In this document: positions 17,325 through 26,315 of the stretch, piece by piece
How positions within the stretch are numbered: the stretch's first letter is position 1
Layout of the letters: the number at the start of each line of letters is the position of its first letter
NCBI GenBank assembly: GCA_019429005.1
Contig: JAHYJR010000009.1
Coordinates: forward strand, 1-28,526
Length of the DNA stretch: 28,526 nt
Origin: Nanobdellati archaeon
Lineage (GTDB): Archaea > EX4484-52 > GLR71
Direction: 5' to 3'
Notes under the pieces: model-generated
Seen by the model: only the letters and a program-made list of their open reading frames with translations
The model's database searches: none
What the model was told of the DNA's origin: nothing
Program-made: the position numbers and the translations under genes

Positions 17325-18128
17325 TTAAGAATATAGTTTAGATATTAATCTTGTGAAGATTCCAAATTTAGTCTCTATAATATTATGTTTTTTCTTGAGT
17401 TCTTCACCTTTTTTTTCAATCTCTTTAACTTGTTTTTCAAGATCTTTCGGATGTTTCTCATCAATAATAGAGGAAAGTTTCATAATAACATGAAGATCTA
17501 CTTTAAGAGCATCTTTAAGATTTTGAATCTTTGAAAGCTCATCTTTAGTTTTCTTAATCAAATCATGTTTAACAGAAACTATATTTATAATCTTATTAGA
17601 CTCATCACGAAGCTTCTTTTCTTTATTTTCAAGCATAGCTTCAGACATTTTTAAGAGGTTTTCTTCCTTATCAATCTTAAAAATTCGTGATTCAATATCA
17701 TCTTGTTTCTTTTTGAAATTTTTAAGTTCTTCTTGAAAATTATTTATCTTAAGAAGATCCTTATTAAGTATTGATTCAAAATCGTTTATGTGCTCTTGTG
17801 CAAGATTAATATCGGTTTCTTTAGTATTTAAATATTTTTGTAAGTTTGAAATTTCCTCAGTTGAACTTTCTTTAAGCAATTTAATCTTACTTTTTTTAGC
17901 ATCAATATTTTTTTTTGTTGCTTTAAGAACAAGATCTCCAGTAGAATCATAAAGTGTTGTGATAAGATTTTCAGAATTCAATGCATCTGCCCATGCTTCA
18001 AGTATTTCTGGATTCTTATTTAGGCGTCTTGAAGCATCTTTAACAGAGATTTGACCCTCTTCAATTACAAGAGATAAAAGGGAATCAACACCTGTTTTTA
18101 AAATAACTTCTTTCCATTCGTCTGACAT
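17325..18128 (-). CDS. Hypothetical protein, N-terminal winged-HTH-like segment + long coiled coil
   Basis: TGVDSLLSLV...ISVKDASRRL....ILEAWADAL...LI followed by K/E/L heptad-rich sequence. Confidence 0.75.
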   Translation of the reverse strand: MSDEWKEVILKTGVDSLLSLVIEEGQISVKDASRRLNKNPEILEAWADALNSENLITTLYDSTGDLVLKATKKNIDAKKSKIKLLKESSTEEISNLQKYLNTKETDINLAQEHINDFESILNKDLLKINNFQEELKNFKKKQDDIESRIFKIDKEENLLKMSEAMLENKEKKLRDESNKIINIVSVKHDLIKKTKDELSKIQNLKDALKVDLHVIMKLSSIIDEKHPKDLEKQVKEIEKKGEELKKKHNIIETKFGIFTRLISKLYS

Positions 18129-18223
18129 AAAAATACACTATATAAAAAGATATTTAAAATAATAATTGTTATTATTTATTTAATTAGATAATTATTATTT
18201 AATCTATATAAAGGTGATATTAA

Positions 18224-18439
18224 ATGGCAGAAAATGAAATTATTACAAAAGAAGCATCTATAGGCGACACATTAACAAAATATCCAGAAGTTATTGAAAT
18301 ATTTTCTAAATATGGATTCCATTGCTTAGGATGTGCTGCATCATCATTTGAAAGTATAGAAGAAGGTGCATCCGCACATAATATTGATATTGATAAGTTT
18401 ATGGGCGACCTCAATCAAGCAATTTCTAAAAAAGAATAA
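18224..18439 (+). CDS. DUF1858 domain protein
   Basis: ITKEASIGD.L.KYPE..EIF..YGFHCLGC.....ESIEEGA..H.ID. GGTGA SD upstream. Confidence 0.85.
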   Translation: MAENEIITKEASIGDTLTKYPEVIEIFSKYGFHCLGCAASSFESIEEGASAHNIDIDKFMGDLNQAISKKE

Positions 18440-18493
18440 AACTGAAAGCCTAAAAACCAAAGCTATATTTAAAGACACATACAATTAATAGCA

Positions 18494-18934
18494 ATGGTAA
18501 AAAGAAAAGGTCAAGCAGCACTAGAATATATGATTATACTAATGATAGGTCTTGTTCTCATAACACCAATTATAATCGAAGGCAACAAAAAGATATCTGA
18601 CTTAAGATCAACAACTGCAGCTTTAAAAATTACTGAAACACTAAATGCAATTTCAGATACATCAAGATTAGTATATTCACAAGGAGTACCTGCAAGAATC
18701 ATTATTGATGTTGAATTGCCCGAATATATTAATTCAATCAATATAACAAATAAACACATCATAATTACGCATGAAACCGAACGTGGTATCTCTGATTTTG
18801 TTGAAACCTTTGATTTTAATGTGACTGGAGATATTTCGATATTAAGTGGATTGAAAAAAGTCAAGGTTGAAGCTATATATGATATTTCTGATAAAGTTTG
18901 GGTTAATATCAGCGAGATTAAAAGGATTTATTAG
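18494..18934 (+). CDS. Minor pilin-like protein with class III signal peptide
   Basis: KRKGQAALEYMIILMIGLVLI...VYSQG. Confidence 0.8.
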   Translation: MVKRKGQAALEYMIILMIGLVLITPIIIEGNKKISDLRSTTAALKITETLNAISDTSRLVYSQGVPARIIIDVELPEYINSINITNKHIIITHETERGISDFVETFDFNVTGDISILSGLKKVKVEAIYDISDKVWVNISEIKRIY

Positions 18935-18994
18935 TTAGATAATTTTAAAAAAGTTATAATAAGTCACCGTATGCTCAGATGACTATCAGAAAAC

Positions 18995-20440
18995 TCAACC
19001 TTTTATAACACCCATAGGCTTAAGTTTCGCAACCAATTTGCCAATGCCTGCATTGTTGCTGACATTTACAACCTCATCAATGTCTTTATACACTTGAGGT
19101 GCTTCTTCAACTACGCCTTTCCAAGATGCAGTCTTTAGTAAGATACCTTGAGATTCAATTTGTTTTTTTATCTGATCGCCTGTAAATTTGTTTATAGCTG
19201 CAGACCTAGACATCACACGACCTGCACCGTGTGCTGTTGAACCGAAAGATGCTTCTTCAGCACTGTCAGTTCCAACAAGAAGGTATGAAGATGTGCCCAT
19301 AGAACCTGGGATTATCACAGGTTGGCCAGTCTTTCTATAAATTGATGAAATTTCTTCACGACTAGGACCAAAACTTCTTGTAGCACCTTTTCTATGCACA
19401 CAAACTTTTTTTGTTTTACCATCAATTTGATGTTTTTCCATTTTTGCAATGTTATGTGTAACATCATACACAAGATCCATCTCAAGGTCTTCAGGACTCA
19501 TCTTCAGTATACGTGAAAAGCTCTCTCTAACCCAATGAGTTATCATCTGCCGATTTGCCCATGCATAATTTGCTGCAGCAGACATTGAATTAAAATAACG
19601 TTCGCCTAACTCAGACTTTATTGGTGCATATACAAGTTGACGATCTGGAAGTTTGCTCAGGTCAGAACCTAATGTGCGCTCCATCTCACGTATGTAATCA
19701 GAACAAACTTGATGACCTAAACCCCTAGAACCGCAATGTATCATAACACAAATCTGGCCCTTAAATATACCAAAAGCTTCAGCAGCCTTCTTATCATAGA
19801 TCTCTTCAACATATTGCACTTCTAAAAAATGATTTCCGGAACCTAAACTTCCAAGCTGAGGCAGACCACGTTTCATTGCATTATCAGAGATGTTAAGATC
19901 CGTTACATCTATTTTACCGTTATCTTCATGACGTTCAAGGTCCTTTTTAAAACCATAATTATTATCAACTGCCCATTTCGCACCATCATGAAGAACATCC
20001 ATAAGCGTATTTTTATTAACCCGTAATGAACCTGCACGACCTACACCTGATGGAACCTCAGTATACATCAGATTAAGAAGTTCTGGAAGTGCTTTCTTAA
20101 TTTTATCTTTCTCTAAGCTTGTCCTTACAAGACGAACACCGCAATTGATATCATAACCAATACCACCTGGAGAAATCACACCTTCATCAAGGTCAAATGC
20201 AGCAACTCCACCTATAGGGAAACCATAACCTTCATGAGCATCAGGCATAATCATTGCTTGTTTCTGAATCCCGGGTAGTTGTGCGACATTCATTATCTGA
20301 TTCAGACTTTTATCCAGCTTGATTTTATCCATAAGAATATCAGATGCATATATTATTACAGGAACCTGCATAGCACCTTCTTTTTCAATTTTCCAGGAAT
20401 AATCATTAAGTCTTGTAAGTTTCATAATTATCATTTCCAT
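18995..20440 (-). CDS. rtcB: RNA-splicing ligase RtcB
   Basis: MPDAHEGYGFPIGG, GYDINCGVR, GSGNHFLE, HCGSRG, HRKGAT, STAHGAGR. Confidence 0.97.
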   Translation of the reverse strand: MEMIIMKLTRLNDYSWKIEKEGAMQVPVIIYASDILMDKIKLDKSLNQIMNVAQLPGIQKQAMIMPDAHEGYGFPIGGVAAFDLDEGVISPGGIGYDINCGVRLVRTSLEKDKIKKALPELLNLMYTEVPSGVGRAGSLRVNKNTLMDVLHDGAKWAVDNNYGFKKDLERHEDNGKIDVTDLNISDNAMKRGLPQLGSLGSGNHFLEVQYVEEIYDKKAAEAFGIFKGQICVMIHCGSRGLGHQVCSDYIREMERTLGSDLSKLPDRQLVYAPIKSELGERYFNSMSAAANYAWANRQMITHWVRESFSRILKMSPEDLEMDLVYDVTHNIAKMEKHQIDGKTKKVCVHRKGATRSFGPSREEISSIYRKTGQPVIIPGSMGTSSYLLVGTDSAEEASFGSTAHGAGRVMSRSAAINKFTGDQIKKQIESQGILLKTASWKGVVEEAPQVYKDIDEVVNVSNNAGIGKLVAKLKPMGVIKG

Positions 20441-20501
20441 TTAAACTTTAAAAAATATAGCATTATAAGATTTTATTTGTTTTTATTAATACCATAACTT
20501 A

Positions 20502-20921
20502 TTACACATCACAGATAACATGTGCTACCCACACACCATCTATCTTTTTAATTGACATTTCATTATAAGTAACAGCTTTAACATCTGGCTTGATCTCATA
20601 TTTACTTAAATCAGTATCACCAGAAACTTTAGCTTTTAGAGTATAATTATCACCCGAGTTCTCAATCTTGGCTGAAACCGAATGAGGAACAAAACCTTCT
20701 GAATCAAATAATACTAGAAATTCCTCTAAAAAATCATAAAGAAGAGATTCTAAACTTTCAGAAGACACAGAAATATACTTATCTACAACAGATTTAATTT
20801 TTTCAGTATCAGTCATGATATTGAACATAGCAAGAACTGCATTTGAAAAAGTCTCAGAATAAGTTGAACCATATGCTTCAAAACGAACATCTGCAGTGTG
20901 TGGAATAAATTTGAAACGCAT
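20502..20921 (-). CDS. Archease (RtcB cofactor)
   Basis: HTADV, KAVTY, C-terminal DV. Immediately upstream of rtcB. Confidence 0.95.
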   Translation of the reverse strand: MRFKFIPHTADVRFEAYGSTYSETFSNAVLAMFNIMTDTEKIKSVVDKYISVSSESLESLLYDFLEEFLVLFDSEGFVPHSVSAKIENSGDNYTLKAKVSGDTDLSKYEIKPDVKAVTYNEMSIKKIDGVWVAHVICDV

Positions 20922-20944
20922 AAAACTTACCAGTAATAAATATT

Positions 20945-21031
20945 TGGCGCCGAGAGAGTGATTTGAACACTCGAGTCCTTACGAACACCAGATTTCCAGT
21001 CTGGCGCTATACCAGGCTAAGCGACCTCGGC
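20945..21031 (-). tRNA. tRNA-Ser(GGA), CCA encoded, no intron
   Basis: GCCGAGG/TCTCGGC acceptor, CCAGA-CT-GGA-AA-TCTGG anticodon arm, long variable arm, GAGTG-TTCAAAT-CACTC T arm, G-CCA end. Confidence 0.96.
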
Positions 21032-21100
21032 ACAACTATAAACTTAAACTTATTAATTAATGGTCAATTGAAATATTTAAAGAAAAAAAACATGAAAGAT

Positions 21101-21409
21101 TTAATCTTTCAAATCAATCTCGATATGAACACCATCGGGAATCTGAATTCTCATGATATTCCTAAGAGCACGCTCATTAACGCTTAAATCAAGAACACGC
21201 TTATGAATTCGCATTTCCCATTTCTCATAAGTTTCAGTACCGTCGCCACATGGAGATTTTCTAGTAGTTACTTTTAGTTTCTTAGTAGGTAATGGCATAG
21301 GACCACTAACCGTAGCACCCTGCTTTTGAGCCATAACTTTAATACCCTCAACTAAAGTATCTAATTTTAAGTGATCAACACTTGATAATTTTATTCTTGC
21401 GACTTGCAT
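21101..21409 (-). CDS. rpsJ: 30S ribosomal protein S10 (uS10)
   Basis: MQVARIKL...GPMPLPTK...RKSPCGDG...WEMRIHKR. ATG 21409. Confidence 0.97.
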   Translation of the reverse strand: MQVARIKLSSVDHLKLDTLVEGIKVMAQKQGATVSGPMPLPTKKLKVTTRKSPCGDGTETYEKWEMRIHKRVLDLSVNERALRNIMRIQIPDGVHIEIDLKD

Positions 21410-21425
21410 AATAATACACTTTTTG

Positions 21426-21462
21426 GTAAAAATAAAAATAAAATATGTGCAAAGATTGCACA
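21426..21462 (-). terminator. Hairpin + T-tract between tuf and rpsJ
   Basis: TGTGCAA/TTGCACA 7-bp stem (21446-21462) followed on the minus strand by TATTTTATTTTTATTTTT. Confidence 0.5.
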
Positions 21463-21472
21463 CAGATTAAAC

Positions 21473-22762
21473 TTATTTAGCTTTTTTTGGTTCTACTTTT
21501 ATAGGTACATGATCAAGACACATACCAGCTGCGATTGTTGTACCCATATCACGGATAGCAAATCTTGAAAGCTGTGGCATAACTGAATTTTTCTCTAATA
21601 CAAGAGGTTTTGTTGGCCTACATCTGATTATAGCAGCATCTCCAGTCTTAATGAAATCAGGATTCTCTTTTATAACTTCACCAGTTGATGGATTAATCTG
21701 TTTTACAAGCTCAGTAATCTGACATGCGATATGTGAAGTACCAATGTGGAATACAGGTGTATAACCTTTAGTAATTACGTTTGGATGATGTATAACAACA
21801 ATCTGTGCAGTAAATTCTTCTACAACAGTTGGTGGATTATCAATAGGACCAATAACATCTCCTCGTTTCATCTCATTCTTACCAAGACCTCGGATACTTA
21901 CACCAACGTTATCTCCAGGCTCTGCTTGTGGCATCTGCTGGTGGTGCATTTCTATTGTTTTTACTTCACCAGTATAACCTGAAGGCATACAGATTACTTT
22001 GGAACCTACTTTCATAACACCAGTTTCAACTTTTCCTACAGCAACAGCACCAATACCACTAATTGTATATACATCTTGAAGACACATTCTAAGTGGTTTG
22101 TCAGTTGGTTTTGGAGGTAATACAAGCTGATCTAATTGTGCAAGTAATGTGTTACCTGTAAACCATGAAAGTTTATCAGACGTAGTTGCAATATTATCAC
22201 CAATCCAAGCACTTACAGGAACAACAGGAGTATCTCCACTGTAACCTACAGTCTTTAGAAGAGCTAATGCATCTGCTTTAACTTTTTCAAATTTAGCTTG
22301 ATCATAATCAATAGTATCCATCTTGTTTACTGCAACTATCATCTGTGAAACGCCAAGAGTTTTACATAAGAAAACGTGTTCTTTTGTCTGAGGCATAAGA
22401 CCTTCAGCTGCTGCAATAACTAGAATTGCTGCATCTGCTTGACTTGCACCAGTAATCATATTTTTTATGAAATCTCGGTGACCAGGAGCATCAATTACTG
22501 TAAAGTAATACTTATCAGTATCAAATCTCTTGTGAGCAAGATCGATTGTTACACCTCTCTCTCGCTCCTCTTTAACACTATCCATTACAAAAGCAAATTT
22601 AAAAGATTCTTTTTTAAGTTCTTTCGCTCGCTCTTCAATCTTTCTCATTTCCTGTACTGGAATGTTATTCGTATCGAATAAAAGTCTACCTATAAATGTA
22701 GACTTACCGTGGTCTACGTGACCTATTGTTACTATATTAAGATGCGGTTTTTCTGCTGCCAT
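21473..22762 (-). CDS. tuf: Translation elongation factor aEF-1alpha
   Basis: [38 protein letters not shown]. Confidence 0.98.
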   Translation of the reverse strand: MAAEKPHLNIVTIGHVDHGKSTFIGRLLFDTNNIPVQEMRKIEERAKELKKESFKFAFVMDSVKEERERGVTIDLAHKRFDTDKYYFTVIDAPGHRDFIKNMITGASQADAAILVIAAAEGLMPQTKEHVFLCKTLGVSQMIVAVNKMDTIDYDQAKFEKVKADALALLKTVGYSGDTPVVPVSAWIGDNIATTSDKLSWFTGNTLLAQLDQLVLPPKPTDKPLRMCLQDVYTISGIGAVAVGKVETGVMKVGSKVICMPSGYTGEVKTIEMHHQQMPQAEPGDNVGVSIRGLGKNEMKRGDVIGPIDNPPTVVEEFTAQIVVIHHPNVITKGYTPVFHIGTSHIACQITELVKQINPSTGEVIKENPDFIKTGDAAIIRCRPTKPLVLEKNSVMPQLSRFAIRDMGTTIAAGMCLDHVPIKVEPKKAK

Positions 22763-22948
22763 AAAATCATCTCTTCATTAATTATATATACCTATTAAAA
22801 ATTTTAAATATTTATTAATTTATTAGTTATAATGCTCTTAAAACATTTAAAAACTTATGTGTTTTTTCAGGCATTTGATATAAAAACAAATAACCAGACA
22901 CGAATTAACATTTTAACACATAACTTTATAAAGGTTGCTTAGACCCTA

Positions 22949-25144
22949 TTATTCATCAATAATTTGTGGAATTACCTCTTTAAGACCCTTTCGCTTTCTA
23001 ATCTGTAATATTGTCTGATCCCTAACATCTTTTGGTATCATTTCATACACGATATCAACAAGTGATTGGAAACCACGACCAGCTGTAGCTGATTTTAAAG
23101 ATGGCTCAAAACCAAACATTTCAGCTACAGGTAATTTTACAGTTATTACTGCAGTATCACCTTCTTCAATCATATCCATAACCTGACCACGTCTGTTCTG
23201 AACTTCAGACATAACATCACCCATAGTGTTCAGAGGAACATCAAGACGAATTATCTGTTTTGGTTCATATAAAGATGAATCAGACATAAGCATTGCTTGT
23301 TTTATTGAAGAACGTACTGCTGGAAGTACTTGAGATGGACCTCTATGTATTGCATCTTCGTGTAATTTTGCATCAACAATAAGAACACTTAATCCAGTTA
23401 CAGGTTCATCAGCAAGAGGGCCTTTATCACAAACCTCACGGAATGCTTGTTTTAGAAGTTCCATAACTTCATCAAGATATTGTACACCTCTTGATATATT
23501 TATAAGCATATTACCTTCATAAACATCAAGAACTTTTTTGGATTTTTCACGTTCAAAACCAACAGCAATCAGATTTTCAGAGACTTCTTTCTGATCTTGT
23601 TTTCGTACTTTACCATTTCGGATTGCACCAGATGTTATTGCAGTCATAATATCATTAGTTAAAGGCTCAACAATCATATAAAATTTATTGTGTTTGTTTG
23701 GTGATTTACCTTCAACCTCAGTTGAGGTTTTCTTTATACCCTCTTTATAGATAACAATTGGAGGACTTATTATAACATCAATGTTTTTCTCTTTTAGATA
23801 TCGCTCAATCTTTGCTTCAATATGAAGTTCGCCAAGACCTGAAACTAAGGTTTCACCAGTATCTTCACTAATTTTTATAACAAGAGTCTGATCTTCTTTA
23901 GAACGCTGTTGTAATGCAGTAATCAGCCGAGGAAGATCCTTAATGTTTTTAGGCTCAATAGACTTTGTAACTACGGGCTCAAAAACGTGCTTTATACTTT
24001 CAAAAGGAGCAATAATTTTATCAACACCACAAATTGTTTCTCCAGACATAGCACTACTAATACCAGATACAGCAGCTATATTCCCACAAGGAATTGGAGA
24101 TATTGCGTGTCTTCGAGGCCCATAATAAACAGCAACCATCTGAACTCTTGCATCTTTATTTTGATTTACAAGATGAACACTATCACCATCTTTAATTGAA
24201 CCTGAAAATAATCTGACCGCAGCAATTAAACCTGCATGTTTATCAATCTGCGTATTTGTAACTACACCTGAAAGAGGACCATCAGGATTACAATTAAGCA
24301 TAGCTTGACCCTCGGGACTATCCATTTCCCCAGTCCATAATCTAGGAATCCTATAAATCTGTGCAACAGTTGGTGTTGGAAGATGATTAATAGCCATTTC
24401 AAGTACAATTTTATGAAGTGGTGCCTTTTTAGCAAGCTCTTTCTCTTGACCATTTACAGTCATATCAATTATATCTTTAAAAGTCATGTTTGTTGCTTTC
24501 ATATAAGGTATAGAAATCGCCCAATTCTTAAAAGCTGAACCGAATCCCACCCTACCACTGTTTACATCAACCTGCCAGCTCTCTTTGAACTCTTCAGGTG
24601 CAACGTTATAGATAATTGTATTTACTTTTGTAATTATGTTTACAAATCGCTCCTGCATTTGTTCAGGAGTAAATTTTAACTCTTTTATAAGACGATCAAC
24701 CTTGTTTATGAATAATACAGGTTTTACACGCTCTTTTAAAGATTGTCTTAATACAGTTTCAGTCTGAGGCATAACACCGTCAACAGCACATGCAAGAACG
24801 ATAGAACCATCAACAGCACGCATAGCACGAGTTACATCACCACCAAAATCAACATGACCTGGTGTGTCAATAAGATTTACTAGATAATCAGAACCATCAG
24901 AACCTTTATGAACCATAGATACGTTTGCAGAAAATATTGTTATACCTCTTTCCTGCTCTTGTGCATCAAAATCAGTAACCCGCATACTACCTGCAAGCTC
25001 ATCAGAAATCATACCTGCTCCAGCAAGAAGGTTATCTGAAAATGTAGTCTTTCCATGATCTATGTGTGCTGCAATACACAGGTTTCTAATATGCTTCTGA
25101 TCATAAACAATCTTTTTAATTTTATCATACATGTTTTCTGCCAT
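22949..25144 (-). CDS. fusA: Translation elongation factor aEF-2
   Basis: AHIDHGKTT, QERGITI, DTPGHVDF, NKVD, diphthamide loop HEDAIHRG. ATG 25144 (alternative GTG 25153). Confidence 0.98.
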   Translation of the reverse strand: MAENMYDKIKKIVYDQKHIRNLCIAAHIDHGKTTFSDNLLAGAGMISDELAGSMRVTDFDAQEQERGITIFSANVSMVHKGSDGSDYLVNLIDTPGHVDFGGDVTRAMRAVDGSIVLACAVDGVMPQTETVLRQSLKERVKPVLFINKVDRLIKELKFTPEQMQERFVNIITKVNTIIYNVAPEEFKESWQVDVNSGRVGFGSAFKNWAISIPYMKATNMTFKDIIDMTVNGQEKELAKKAPLHKIVLEMAINHLPTPTVAQIYRIPRLWTGEMDSPEGQAMLNCNPDGPLSGVVTNTQIDKHAGLIAAVRLFSGSIKDGDSVHLVNQNKDARVQMVAVYYGPRRHAISPIPCGNIAAVSGISSAMSGETICGVDKIIAPFESIKHVFEPVVTKSIEPKNIKDLPRLITALQQRSKEDQTLVIKISEDTGETLVSGLGELHIEAKIERYLKEKNIDVIISPPIVIYKEGIKKTSTEVEGKSPNKHNKFYMIVEPLTNDIMTAITSGAIRNGKVRKQDQKEVSENLIAVGFEREKSKKVLDVYEGNMLINISRGVQYLDEVMELLKQAFREVCDKGPLADEPVTGLSVLIVDAKLHEDAIHRGPSQVLPAVRSSIKQAMLMSDSSLYEPKQIIRLDVPLNTMGDVMSEVQNRRGQVMDMIEEGDTAVITVKLPVAEMFGFEPSLKSATAGRGFQSLVDIVYEMIPKDVRDQTILQIRKRKGLKEVIPQIIDE

Positions 25145-25739
25145 TTGAATCACTTAAATAATATTTTAATAATTGCTATAAAATGTATAAGAAATACACC
25201 ATTTTTAAATTTATAAGTATAGCTCTATTTGTATTTGAATTATTACAGTAATTTTATAAATGTATTGATATCAAAACGAATTAAAACAGAATCACTATAC
25301 ACAAAATCAAAATATACAAAAAGTCTATATTTTATTAAAAAAAACCATTTATACCTAAATAAACATAAAAATGCTATTAAAAAAAGAGGATTTGAAATAG
25401 TATTTATTTTAAAAAAAACATTTAAAATCCATAAAAAATATATTGTTCTTTAAAAACAGATTCCATAAAAAGATTATCATTATTAGATTATATAAAATAC
25501 CTAAAAATATAACAATATTTAAATAATTGTACAAACTAAGAATACGTATGGATACAAAAACAAATGCTAAAACAAATAGCATAACACTATTTGAAAATCC
25601 TAAATTTAACTTCTAATATTTTTACTATATATAGGTCTAGGTTATCCTAACCAAATAAAAATTATCCTTATTGGTTTGGATTTTAAACTTAGACTAAATA
25701 AAACATACTTAGGTAGTTAAAAGATTAAAGGTGGTACAG

Positions 25740-26291
25740 ATGAAACAATATTTAGAAAATAATGATAATGTACAAAGAATATTGCCAGAAGGTAATAAAT
25801 ATGGAAATAACAGTTCAGATGAATTTAATATTGAACTTGATGGAAACAATAGAGGGATTTTTAAAACATTTGAATATCCAAGCATACCCTTTTAAATTAA
25901 TGGAAATGATAAATTATTCAAAGCAATTTTAGATTGCACTGAAGAAAATAATACATCGTTTAAAGACGAACTAAATAAAGACCAAGCTGCACAAGATATC
26001 ACTAATAATATTTTTGATAAAATGAATTAAAAACAGGTTTTTAGCAAACAAATATTAGACACACTACTATCAAAAGCATATATTAACCCCTTCAATAACA
26101 GTAACAAGTCATCTTTTGTGTCAGGAGGTCTTGATAGTTTAGAAACAATATTGCCATCAATTAAAAAAAATACAGATAAACTTAAATGGAAACAAATCGG
26201 CTTTAAATTATTAAACATCATAGGTAGAAGCTATGAGCAAATTGATAAAGCTATTGATACTCTCAAACAAATGAACGGAGATGACAAATAA
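25740..26291 (+). pseudogene. Hypothetical gene interrupted by two in-frame TAA codons
   Basis: AAGGTGG SD, ATG 25740. One frame is otherwise open to TAA 26289-26291, with internal TAA at 25893 and 26028. Confidence 0.55.
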
Positions 26292-26315
26292 ATCTCAGAT
26301 GAAGAGCTCAATAAT

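Noticed and set aside
18995-21031. rtcB-archease-tRNA adjacency as a novel system or integration site
   Set aside because: rtcB-archease pairing is well known, the tRNA has no intron, and I saw no integrase or duplicated tRNA 3' end.
20963-21187. 74-aa plus-strand ORF and other short antisense ORFs in the track
   Set aside because: They overlap tRNA-Ser, rpsJ or other conserved genes on the opposite strand and show no motifs.
25229-25453. 74-aa Lys/Ile-rich ORF
   Set aside because: TTG start in extremely AT-rich DNA upstream of fusA; likely a compositional artefact.
6256-26030. TAA stop-codon reassignment suggested by in-frame TAAs in two genes (6256, 6766, 25893, 26028)
   Set aside because: Conserved genes here (tuf, fusA, rpsJ, archease) end properly at TAA, so the internal stops are better explained by pseudogenisation or sequence error.
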